From Candidatus Daviesbacteria bacterium (GTDB taxonomy: Bacteria > Patescibacteriota > Microgenomatia > Daviesbacterales > UBA10151): 59,951 nt of DNA. The notes beneath the pieces were generated by a model. That model was not told the origin of the DNA and did no database searches. It saw only the letters and a list, made by a program, of their open reading frames with translations. The stretch is taken from positions 1-59,951 of the forward strand of contig DAIDIY010000011.1 of NCBI GenBank assembly GCA_027451625.1. Direction: 5' to 3'. Below are positions 17,916 to 26,419 of this stretch, piece by piece; positions within the stretch are counted from its first letter, which is position 1; each line of letters begins with the position of its first letter. The position numbers and the translations under genes were made by a program.

Positions 17916-19046
17916 ATGTCATTTATCAAAAGAATTAATTTTTCTAAGAGACACTGGTTTCTAAAGTTTCTGTTTGTATTTTTGGTCCTTGGATTTTTAT
18001 GGATCTTTATCGCCTATTTTGTGCCTAAGATATTATCCCCGAAATACGTTGCGAACTCTTTAATTTGGGGAGTTATATATAGAAATGAAGACTGGAGTGG
18101 AGAGGTAAATATAGTTGGAGATGTATGGGCCTTACCTGGAACAGCAGTGAGAATAGAACCAGGAACAAAGATTATCATCAATTCAAGTGGAGATAGATTT
18201 AATCTTAACTGGCTGCCATGGATGTTAAGAAGTGGTATTAATACAGGTCATAATAGTTTTGGAGTAAAAACTGGAGAACCTTTTTGGGATGAACAACAAA
18301 AGATAGATGTTAGACTATCAAAAGTCTTTGCAGTTGGAAGTCGGGACTTACCAATTATTATTGAGTCTGAGACTCTACGACCAGGTAGCCCTTATGATAT
18401 TAATGTGATCTCAATTGATAGTGGAGTATTAAACTTTTTAAAAGCTTCTAACTACCGACGGCTTGAAATAGGAGATCAAGTTAGCATTGAAGGCAGTACT
18501 TTTTCTAATACAGGAGAATGCGCTATTTGTATTGAGTATGGTAGTCCTACAGTTGCAAATAATACTTTCTATAACAGCTTAAGAGAAGCAATTTGGATTT
18601 TTGAGGGAAGTCCGCGGATAACAGATAATTTATTCTCAGAATCTTCCGGATCTGGTGTAGTAGTTAATCCTCATCGTTTTGGAGCTCCAGTCATTTTCCA
18701 TAATGATTTTGAAATGCCCAAAAATATTGCTTTGGAATTTTTAACTGGAGGGGAAGATGCAAGTAGCTTAGTATCTTCTAATATTTTTTCAGGTGGTTCG
18801 ATAATTTCTATTCCCTGCGATACTAAAATTGATTTGACCAAAAATTCAATATTGGGAATAATTCAGTTTAATCATTTTGGTTGTATAGGACATTTAACCT
18901 TTGGTCCAAATTGGTGGGGAACAACTAATAGAAGATCAATTATAAATGAAAAAATTACGAATAGAGGAAAATACTTCAATATAGAGATTCCCTCTATTCT
19001 GGTTGCTCCATCAAAGAGAGTAGGGAGAAGATTAAATCAGAATTAG
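17916..19046 (+). CDS. hypothetical membrane-anchored protein with parallel beta-helix-like repeats
   Basis: TM segment FLKFLFVFLVLGFLWIFIAYF. Repeating ~22-aa units of the type I.GS.FSN....AI.I..GSP.V.NN.F (NosD/PbH1-like). ATG at 17916 preferred. Confidence 0.45.
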   Translation: MSFIKRINFSKRHWFLKFLFVFLVLGFLWIFIAYFVPKILSPKYVANSLIWGVIYRNEDWSGEVNIVGDVWALPGTAVRIEPGTKIIINSSGDRFNLNWLPWMLRSGINTGHNSFGVKTGEPFWDEQQKIDVRLSKVFAVGSRDLPIIIESETLRPGSPYDINVISIDSGVLNFLKASNYRRLEIGDQVSIEGSTFSNTGECAICIEYGSPTVANNTFYNSLREAIWIFEGSPRITDNLFSESSGSGVVVNPHRFGAPVIFHNDFEMPKNIALEFLTGGEDASSLVSSNIFSGGSIISIPCDTKIDLTKNSILGIIQFNHFGCIGHLTFGPNWWGTTNRRSIINEKITNRGKYFNIEIPSILVAPSKRVGRRLNQN

Positions 19047-19049
19047 ATT

Positions 19050-19202
19050 ATGCTTTGCGAAGAGACAAAGGTAGAAATACAGGATAATGATCATTGTGAC
19101 TATCAGTTTTGTCCAATATGTGGAAATATTATAGGAATAATGCCTGGATCGGCAGATGCTATTTGTAAAAATTGCGGATTTAAAGACCCTTGCTGTGAGT
19201 AG
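19050..19202 (+). CDS. small (50 aa) zinc-ribbon protein, below the ORF-track length cutoff
   Basis: MLCEETKVEIQDNDHCDYQFCPICGNIIGIMPGSADAICKNCGFKDPCCE. CPIC-x14-CKNC knuckles plus three more Cys. It fills the gap between flanking genes exactly. Confidence 0.4.
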   Translation: MLCEETKVEIQDNDHCDYQFCPICGNIIGIMPGSADAICKNCGFKDPCCE

Positions 19203-19211
19203 ATAATATAT

Positions 19212-19886
19212 TTATTTTGTAGGAAAGTAACAAATTGTAAATCCATCAAAACTAGGAATATATTCTTTTTCTCGATTAGTTCTTGTAAAAGTTGATACTT
19301 TCTTCCCAAAAGCAAGTGGATATTCCACATGAGGGGTAAATATGTAACTTCCTATCTTTGATGACTCCTGAGAAGGCAGGCGTTGTAAACCGTAGAAACC
19401 AAGTCTTCTGCTAAGTTCTGTTATTATGTCAGTTGTAGGAATTCCTCTTACTTCCCGAGAAATATTATCAAATTTAATAATTCTTACAGCTTGATGGCGA
19501 CCAATCATCTCAGAGATAGGTCTGCAATATCCCAGGTATTCTTCATAAGTTTTTCCTGTGCTAATAGTTTCTCCTAGTATTTTTCCAGTGGGGCTATCTT
19601 TCGAGAACAGATAAGTTAAAGTACCGCGATTTGGAGTTGGATCTAGTCCATAAAAACTAACGACTTTAGGAATCATTGCATGAAGTCTTTGAGCAATAAG
19701 TTTAGAATACCCACGCAGCTGTTCTTCCTCGAATGAATAAAAATTATCGGAATACATTCCTGATCTTCTCCTCAGCCATCTTACAAAATTACAATAATTC
19801 TTTTCTTGTGGGTTTAGAATCTCTCTTTCAATAGCCATAGACCGCATTATACTGTAAATGTAAGAAAATGAAGATTTGATTGACAA
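19212..19886 (-). CDS. hypothetical protein
   Basis: 224-aa ORF with no motif I can assign. Start uncertain (TTG at 19886; ATGs at 19847 and 19838). Confidence 0.45.
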   Translation of the reverse strand: MSIKSSFSYIYSIMRSMAIEREILNPQEKNYCNFVRWLRRRSGMYSDNFYSFEEEQLRGYSKLIAQRLHAMIPKVVSFYGLDPTPNRGTLTYLFSKDSPTGKILGETISTGKTYEEYLGYCRPISEMIGRHQAVRIIKFDNISREVRGIPTTDIITELSRRLGFYGLQRLPSQESSKIGSYIFTPHVEYPLAFGKKVSTFTRTNREKEYIPSFDGFTICYFPTK

Positions 19887-19915
19887 AATAGGCTCACCTT
19901 AATAAGCTATTAAAT

Positions 19916-20194
19916 ATGGAGTTATCTGCGTCTGATATTCCGGTTAATTCAAAAACATCTTTTGCAAATCGTCCTCAATGGCAAAGGCTGTTATTTGTTG
20001 CGGCTGCACTAGGGGGAGTAATTATTTTAGTTATGCTTTTTGCAAATCTAAGAAAGGTAAAAACATCATCTGAGAGTTCTACCATAGTTTATGGTAAGCC
20101 TGTTGGTGCTCTGCCTGTATTTCGATTGGTGACAGGAGTACCTCCACAACCACATGTGCCAGATTACTTAAAGCCGCAAATACCCAAACACTAA
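19916..20194 (+). CDS. hypothetical single-pass membrane protein
   Basis: 92 aa. TM segment LLFVAAALGGVIILVMLFA and a Pro-rich tail. Confidence 0.4.
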   Translation: MELSASDIPVNSKTSFANRPQWQRLLFVAAALGGVIILVMLFANLRKVKTSSESSTIVYGKPVGALPVFRLVTGVPPQPHVPDYLKPQIPKH

Positions 20195-21765
20195 TCTAGA
20201 AGTTTGCTTTTAATTAATTTTCTAACTGATAACCAGTATCCTTCTATTAAATCTTTTGAAGTAGGATTAGCCCCAAATGGAATCTCAAATGCAGGAGCGC
20301 GTGTAACCCCATAAAATCCATTCTTAATCTCGCTTTGGATTATGGAATTTTTATTCGCATCGACCCATTCAACACCTCCATCTCCTGATTGAGAATCGAC
20401 GATATAGATAGCTTTATTAAATCTAGGAAATTTTTTGTTCACTAAAAGTGAGGTTAAGATTTTAGGATTCAAAAGGGATTTTAAATTATTAGTAATGGTT
20501 TTTTGAATATCAAAATCAGTATTTAGCTCCCCTGCTGTATTTTCATTTGTTATAAAGTTTATTAAATTCACTCCGAAATTATTAATAGGATTTAGAATTT
20601 CTAATGAAAATAGTTTTGTTTTTATTACATTAAGCAACGCTTCAAATACTATTTTTTTCCGTACATTTCTCTCTGTTGTCCGGTCATAATCTTTTGGCAA
20701 TGCTTTCATAAACTCCATTAATCTAAATCCATTAAGAGTTTGTCTCCCTTTTGAAAATTTTTCTCCTAAATATTTTTTATTTTTGTAATAAAATGGCTGA
20801 GTCTCTAGATTGAACGGAATATCAACTTCTAATCCATGAAGCAGGTGGTCATCCATATCAGCTAGAATTTGATCGTTCATCGTAATCTGGAAATCTACGG
20901 AAAATCCGGTGGCATCCTCAATGGTTTGTCGCATAAGATCAAATCCGCCTATCCAATATGCCTGATCTATCTTAGAAGGTCCTGCTTTTTTGCCATATTT
21001 CTTTTCTTGGAATCTTTCAATTTCTACTGCTTCGATATCGTGAGTGAGAGACACCATATCTATGGTATTTTGATCTAAATCGATTGAAATTATAGTTGGT
21101 GAACCAATTCTCGCTTGATTATTAGATTCAAAAGTATCTCCATAACCAAAAAGCAAAAAGTTTACTCTACTTCTATTAAGATCAGCATCGACCCGATGAT
21201 TAAACTCTGGATCTGTTTGTTGTCTTTCCGATCGCCTTTTTTGGGCTTCGATGATAAAAGGTTTTAATAGTTCAAGGTAAAGATTATTAGATCTCTCTTT
21301 TGTCGCTTCTGGACTTGGAGTCAGGGTTTTTATAATCGGTGCTGAATCAACCTCGGGAGTGGTCTGAGCCGGTACTATGGTAGTAGGACTAATAGTAGGA
21401 GATGGATTAGGCTCATTTGGTTTGGGAGTAGAACTTTTTGAAATAGTATTATTTTTTTCTGCCAAAGTCTTTTCATTGGTATTAGAAAGAGATGTTGATG
21501 ACAAGGCTCTCTTGTTATGCAAAAGATATAATGAGGTCCCAATCCCAACTCCAAATAAGGCTAAGGCAGTTCGACGAGAAACAGCTGGTTGTTTAACTCT
21601 CTGATTGTTATTTGAAGGTAGGGTATGAATCGCTTTTTTTAAAGCTTTAGCTGCTGTTGCTAAAGCCTCTCTTTCAGGGTCTTCTCTGATTTCTCGTAAA
21701 ACACCTGTATAATCATTTAATTCTTCTCTCACGGATCCTACCTCCTTTATCCAACCACTCAGCAA
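20191..21765 (-). CDS. single-pass membrane protein with a divergent LytR-CpsA-Psr (LCP)-like ectodomain
   Basis: Cytoplasmic tail, TM segment ALALFGVGIGTSLYLL, and a Ser/Thr/Pro linker. Then VNFLLFGYGDTFE, GSPTIISIDLDQNTIDMVSLTHD, KIDQAYWIGGFDL and FSVDFQITMNDQILADMDD, which follow the LCP template. The start region overlaps the preceding gene; GTG near 21735 is possible. Confidence 0.45.
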   Translation of the reverse strand: MLSGWIKEVGSVREELNDYTGVLREIREDPEREALATAAKALKKAIHTLPSNNNQRVKQPAVSRRTALALFGVGIGTSLYLLHNKRALSSTSLSNTNEKTLAEKNNTISKSSTPKPNEPNPSPTISPTTIVPAQTTPEVDSAPIIKTLTPSPEATKERSNNLYLELLKPFIIEAQKRRSERQQTDPEFNHRVDADLNRSRVNFLLFGYGDTFESNNQARIGSPTIISIDLDQNTIDMVSLTHDIEAVEIERFQEKKYGKKAGPSKIDQAYWIGGFDLMRQTIEDATGFSVDFQITMNDQILADMDDHLLHGLEVDIPFNLETQPFYYKNKKYLGEKFSKGRQTLNGFRLMEFMKALPKDYDRTTERNVRKKIVFEALLNVIKTKLFSLEILNPINNFGVNLINFITNENTAGELNTDFDIQKTITNNLKSLLNPKILTSLLVNKKFPRFNKAIYIVDSQSGDGGVEWVDANKNSIIQSEIKNGFYGVTRAPAFEIPFGANPTSKDLIEGYWLSVRKLIKSKLLD

Positions 21766-23935
21766 AAAGATCTCTTAATTGCTGTTCTGTTTTACCTTCC
21801 AGGTTTTTAATTTGATCTGTTTTATAAAGATGAAGTAGGAACTCTTTTGCTTGGACTGCATTTACTGGATTTATATTGTTTCCTAAGATATTAATGATAA
21901 AGTCCAAAACTTCCAAGTTGTCTTTTTCCCGGTTAATATATTCACTTATAAATTTAGGCGGAATTGTAGGATCTCCTGGCTCTTTTGGTAGGAATTGATT
22001 ATTGGCAAATTTATAATCTGCTAAATCTGCAATCTCTGAAAAAACTTCTTTTAAATTATTACCTATTTTAGTGCCTTTATCATCTAAATCTTTGGTTGCT
22101 GAAAGATATGGACCAAGAGTGGGAAGTAATTCATTCCATATAATTTGTATGTCTTGAGGAGTTGGAGAAGAAGGATAATAAGATAATAAGAAGAGAACTT
22201 GATTTAATAAGTCATCACCCGAATCATTAAAGAGTTTTGCCATTGATTCAGTATCTTTTAATTCATCCCGTAACTTTGGATCAGGTACTGCTATATCAAA
22301 AAGTAAACTCGTGACCAATTCTGTATTATATTCATTTATCAGTGCAGGATTTTCCAGCATATCCTTTACAGCTCTAATCCCTGGATAATATTTTTCTGGA
22401 AGAATAGATATCTTTTCAGCTAACTTTTTGTATATATTGTTAAATATATTTGGTTGTTCAGGATTTATATCTTGCGCTTTGATTATATCAAGAAAACCAT
22501 GACGGAAAGTATCATAGTTTTGATCCCATATTTCGTTAGGTGCTGTGATATCAGAAGTCATCTTAGAAATTGATTGATCTGGATTTCTGCTTATAGTTGG
22601 AAGAATGTCATTTATATGAGTAATATCCCTTAAGCTAGTTAATAGAGAATATAAGTTAGTGCTTTGAGGATTATCAGTATTATCTTCTTCTTGGGGTGGA
22701 GTATATTTAATCTCTAAAGTTGGTAATTGAGAAGTCAAAGAACCAGAAGGAATCTGCAGAGTTTGTTCTATCCATTCGATCTCATGTTGATAAACTGATA
22801 TATACTGCTTGGGGTGCTCTCGCACCCACTGCTGACGCTGTTCTAAAGAAAAGTTTTTTTGTAGTTTTACCCAATGATTATATGTACTTCTTTGAATTTG
22901 GGGGCTATCTCCCTCAGTTGCGAATTTGTCTATATAAACAAACGGATTATTTAGAAACATATTTTCGATCTGTTCCTCATTAAGAGTTAAACGTCCTTTT
23001 GATATAAAATGTTTAAGCTCAGATGGAATGTTCTTAGGATATAGGTAAAGATCTGGGTGCTTTGCAAAATAATCTTCTACTTCAAAAGGTTTATCCCTAT
23101 ACAAATCAGCAAGTTTTGTCTCAGCTTTAATTATAAGCATGTTAGGGATAGGAGAATCGGTTAAATCTTTGATACCATCTAGTTCTAGTCGTAAGATATT
23201 AAAGGGATTGGCATTTAGGAAACGTGCGACTTCCTTTAAAGGTATCTCTCTTTTAGCTGCTAAAATTTGATCTTTATTATTTATGTTAGAAGGAAGAAGC
23301 AATGGATCAATTTGAAGAAGTTCAAAAGGACTGAGATTAACCTCTATTTTTTGACTCTCTCTAGCCTCTGCACTGATATACCCTCCCATTTTAGCATTAT
23401 CATCTGCTCGAACGTCATGAGGATCTATATTGTCACGTATATAATCTCTCCTTTTAGGAGAACTACTATTTTCTGAAACAAGTTGAGAAAAAGATTCAAT
23501 GGTTATGTCTTGAGGATGTGTAGGAAGGGGATGTCCGCTCCTATCTAAGTCGGTAATTATTTTATTTATATAATCATTTAGTCTGGGGTCAGAATCATAT
23601 CCTAGCCATCTTAATGTTTGAATAGACTTTATTATTCCTTCAGTTTTTCCTTTCATATATGTCATTCCTAATCGCTCGACAGCTGCTGGGAAAAGTTTTT
23701 TCCTATAAGAATTTCCTATCGCAGTGGTCAAAGGATAGAGTTTTGTTATTATGGTTTTAATATTTGGATTGTTTGGGTCTAATATAGAAAGACACTCAAA
23801 ATCATCAATTAATACTTGAGGATCGAAGTATCTTCCTTTACTATAATTATCTGCAATCTGGGAGAGGAGCTCTTTTGGAGTTTTAGGAAGTATAAATGAT
23901 TGATCTGTCCGTACTTCAGATTCATTATTATTCAT
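21713..23935 (-). CDS. hypothetical 740-aa soluble protein (orphan)
   Basis: Long uninterrupted ORF with no TM or signal peptide and no recognisable catalytic motif. Its stop overlaps the start region of the LCP-like gene. Confidence 0.6.
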   Translation of the reverse strand: MNNNESEVRTDQSFILPKTPKELLSQIADNYSKGRYFDPQVLIDDFECLSILDPNNPNIKTIITKLYPLTTAIGNSYRKKLFPAAVERLGMTYMKGKTEGIIKSIQTLRWLGYDSDPRLNDYINKIITDLDRSGHPLPTHPQDITIESFSQLVSENSSSPKRRDYIRDNIDPHDVRADDNAKMGGYISAEARESQKIEVNLSPFELLQIDPLLLPSNINNKDQILAAKREIPLKEVARFLNANPFNILRLELDGIKDLTDSPIPNMLIIKAETKLADLYRDKPFEVEDYFAKHPDLYLYPKNIPSELKHFISKGRLTLNEEQIENMFLNNPFVYIDKFATEGDSPQIQRSTYNHWVKLQKNFSLEQRQQWVREHPKQYISVYQHEIEWIEQTLQIPSGSLTSQLPTLEIKYTPPQEEDNTDNPQSTNLYSLLTSLRDITHINDILPTISRNPDQSISKMTSDITAPNEIWDQNYDTFRHGFLDIIKAQDINPEQPNIFNNIYKKLAEKISILPEKYYPGIRAVKDMLENPALINEYNTELVTSLLFDIAVPDPKLRDELKDTESMAKLFNDSGDDLLNQVLFLLSYYPSSPTPQDIQIIWNELLPTLGPYLSATKDLDDKGTKIGNNLKEVFSEIADLADYKFANNQFLPKEPGDPTIPPKFISEYINREKDNLEVLDFIINILGNNINPVNAVQAKEFLLHLYKTDQIKNLEGKTEQQLRDLFAEWLDKGGRIRERRIK

Positions 23936-24032
23936 GGTTATTCTAAGGATATATTGGAATCAAAAAAAACGGAATATGCTTCTACTATTGACTGAGTAAG
24001 TTAAAGGTGTTTATATGGTTATATAAATATTT

Positions 24033-26033
24033 ATGGCTGAAGAAGGCTCTGAAATTCTTGTTGATAAAAGAATAGCTGAAGGATTACTTGCTGTAGCCGA
24101 TGAGAGTACTCCTTCTATATCTAATACTACCACTAGTAATGAAACATCTCTTAATACTCCAAGAAAGCCTAGATTTATACCGCGTTTAAGGCAAGGCTTT
24201 AGAAATTTATTACATCGTCCTAGTTCTGACGGAGATAATAGTCTATCTGGAGCAGCCGTATCTTCAGAGACTGCAGAGAAGGAACCGTTATTTGGGAGTA
24301 ATCTTTATAAAGATGCTGAGGGTGGAATAGGTTCTGTGCCTAAAGTAGAGCCACCTCCTCAATCAACGCCTACTTTGAACTCTGAGCCTCTTCCTACTAC
24401 AGCCTCTGGACTTTCGGAGAGTGTCATGCAGCAAGCAAATATTAAAGCTCGACAGGAGGGAAAACCTCTGCCTTATCCTGAAGCTCAAGGTGTCAAGTTG
24501 CCCTATGCTTTGGAGGGGAAATTACTTGACCTTAAAGGTGAGCGAGATGTTCTAATACAAAAACTATCAGATTTGATGATTTCGGATGCGGAGCGTGCTG
24601 AATTTGAAGCGCAGATAGCAACTTTAGATGGACAAATAAATCAATTTATGTTTCCTACCCCTGAAGAGAGAAAGCAACAAGTAGAGGAGACTAAAAAAGA
24701 ATTAACTGATATTCGGGCCGCAAATGAAGATCTTGAACCAAGTTATAAAGAAGATTTAAATAACCAAATCGATTCTTTTATTTCAGAACTCGATAATTAT
24801 ATAAAAGATATTCCCGAAGCTGCGGATGCTGAACGATCCATTTTAAGAAGAGTCTTAGATTATAAGTTGCCTTTGGTGGGAGCTACCGTGAAAGATTATC
24901 TAATTTATACTGCAGTAGGTTCATCAACAGGATTAGTCGCCAGAACAGCCGTCTTGAATGGAATGAGGATATTCTTAAGTGTTGGCGCAACTCCGGTTGC
25001 TACAACTCTTGCTGGAGCTGCTGCAGGTGGAGCTTCAGGCTTTGCAAGAGAATATATAAAACTTGTTAGAGATGAAAAAAGGCAGGAAAAAATCTCAGAG
25101 TTAAGAGAGAAATATAATGATCGAAATACACTTAAAAGAGAACTTTTAGTTAGATTAAAGTCTGGTGATTTGCAAAGGTTAGGCAAAGCTAGCCTTCGCG
25201 GAGCAATCGTGGGTGCTATGTCAGGGTTTGTTGCATTTGAAGTAGCCAGCTGGGCTAAAGATCATATTGACCTGAACTCATTTATTGAAGGTATTAAACA
25301 TCATCTGCCTGGAGGCGGAACTGATCGTGGATCAACTCTTAGTGTTAAGCCCGAACCTACCCCAACGCCGTGGCATTCTCCGTCTCCTCATGAAACGCCG
25401 ATAAACAGTTCTGCCGGAGTCCATAGCACTTCTACTCCTATTGCTACTGAAACACCGACACCTACTCCAACTCATCCTTTACCTAATTCTTCACCTTTGG
25501 AATTATCATCTACACCCACTGTTCATTCAACTCCTGCTGTTAATCTTCCCCCTGGCCATTCTGGAACAAATATTGACTTAGGAAATCATGGAGCTTCGGG
25601 TACAGGACCTGGAAGCACTGGACTAGAGCCAAAGCCAGGTAGCAATCTTTCTGTTGGATCTTCACATGGATCAACTCTAGGAGTCTCAGCGGATAAGGCA
25701 AATGGTTCTTTTGGTACTCACAGTGCACCAGTAGGTGAAACTGCCTTTCATATTCCTGATGGAGTGATACCTAAAGATGGAATTGTCCACCTCTCTGAAG
25801 GGTCAAATCCTTGGAATATGGCTTCTAAAATTGGCGAACATGCATTAGGTAGGCCTTTGACACCTGAAGAGACGCTTGAATTGACTAAAGAAATAGCTAG
25901 GCAGTCTAAAGTTGCTGTTCCGGGATGGGGGATCGGTGGGCCTGGATTTACCGATGAACATTCACTTGGAACTGGATATAAACTTGTTTTTAATGATAAA
26001 GTAGTTTCTTTATTACAAAGTTTTAAAAAATAG
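24033..26033 (+). CDS. hypothetical 666-aa modular membrane protein
   Basis: Disordered N-terminus, then a coiled-coil segment (residues ~170-290). Gly/Ala-rich hydrophobic helices follow (LIYTAVGSSTGLVARTAVL, SVGATPVATTLAGAAAGGASGF, GAIVGAMSGFVAFEVASWA). Then a ~150-aa Pro/Thr/Ser/Gly linker and a ~110-aa C-terminal globular domain. Confidence 0.6.
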   Translation: MAEEGSEILVDKRIAEGLLAVADESTPSISNTTTSNETSLNTPRKPRFIPRLRQGFRNLLHRPSSDGDNSLSGAAVSSETAEKEPLFGSNLYKDAEGGIGSVPKVEPPPQSTPTLNSEPLPTTASGLSESVMQQANIKARQEGKPLPYPEAQGVKLPYALEGKLLDLKGERDVLIQKLSDLMISDAERAEFEAQIATLDGQINQFMFPTPEERKQQVEETKKELTDIRAANEDLEPSYKEDLNNQIDSFISELDNYIKDIPEAADAERSILRRVLDYKLPLVGATVKDYLIYTAVGSSTGLVARTAVLNGMRIFLSVGATPVATTLAGAAAGGASGFAREYIKLVRDEKRQEKISELREKYNDRNTLKRELLVRLKSGDLQRLGKASLRGAIVGAMSGFVAFEVASWAKDHIDLNSFIEGIKHHLPGGGTDRGSTLSVKPEPTPTPWHSPSPHETPINSSAGVHSTSTPIATETPTPTPTHPLPNSSPLELSSTPTVHSTPAVNLPPGHSGTNIDLGNHGASGTGPGSTGLEPKPGSNLSVGSSHGSTLGVSADKANGSFGTHSAPVGETAFHIPDGVIPKDGIVHLSEGSNPWNMASKIGEHALGRPLTPEETLELTKEIARQSKVAVPGWGIGGPGFTDEHSLGTGYKLVFNDKVVSLLQSFKK

Positions 26034-26046
26034 TTTAGACTAAGTT

Positions 26047-26403
26047 ATGAATCTGCAAATAGATGATATTTTAAACAAATTAGTTGATGAATGCCTGAGT
26101 GCACCTGCTTTTGCTACACTAGATGCTCAACAAAAAGAAGTGCAAAAACAGAAGATACTGAACCATTTTTATACAAGGATTCTTTTTATTACTATTGATA
26201 ACCTGACAGATGAACAGTATGGACAGATACAAGATCTAAAACCAGAAGATCCTCAATTTGAACAGAAGATAGAATCTTTTACTCAAGAGATGCCTCAGCT
26301 TTTAGATTTATTCGATCAGACATTAAAAAAAGATGCCGACTATATTAAAAATACAGGTCAACTTCCTTCCTTGGAAGAAGATCAATCCCAAAACCCTCTC
26401 TGA
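26047..26403 (+). CDS. hypothetical small acidic helical protein
   Basis: 118 aa, 13-nt gap after the 666-aa gene. It resembles small helical CPR-restricted families (DUF5663-like), from recollection only. Confidence 0.45.
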   Translation: MNLQIDDILNKLVDECLSAPAFATLDAQQKEVQKQKILNHFYTRILFITIDNLTDEQYGQIQDLKPEDPQFEQKIESFTQEMPQLLDLFDQTLKKDADYIKNTGQLPSLEEDQSQNPL

Positions 26404-26419
26404 TGTAAAATGCAGTTCT

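Noticed and set aside
19103-19330. 75-aa minus-strand ORF at the 3' end of the 224-aa gene.
   Set aside because: It overlaps the 224-aa ORF out of frame, and it also overlaps the better-fitting 50-aa zinc-ribbon ORF on the plus strand. Its sequence has no features.
22950-23350. Possible degenerate J-domain(s) in the 740-aa orphan: SPFELLQIDP..., NPFNILRLELDG..., and an HPD tripeptide in AKHPDLY.
   Set aside because: The HPD lies about 50 residues after the putative helix-I start, against about 30 in real J domains. The basic helix II is also missing. This is most likely coincidence in an Asn/Pro/Asp-rich sequence.
26333-26419. Longer start for the secreted 175-aa protein, which would overlap the 118-aa gene by 71 nt.
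   Set aside because: The ATG at 26420 yields a textbook signal peptide and removes the overlap. The extension has no features.
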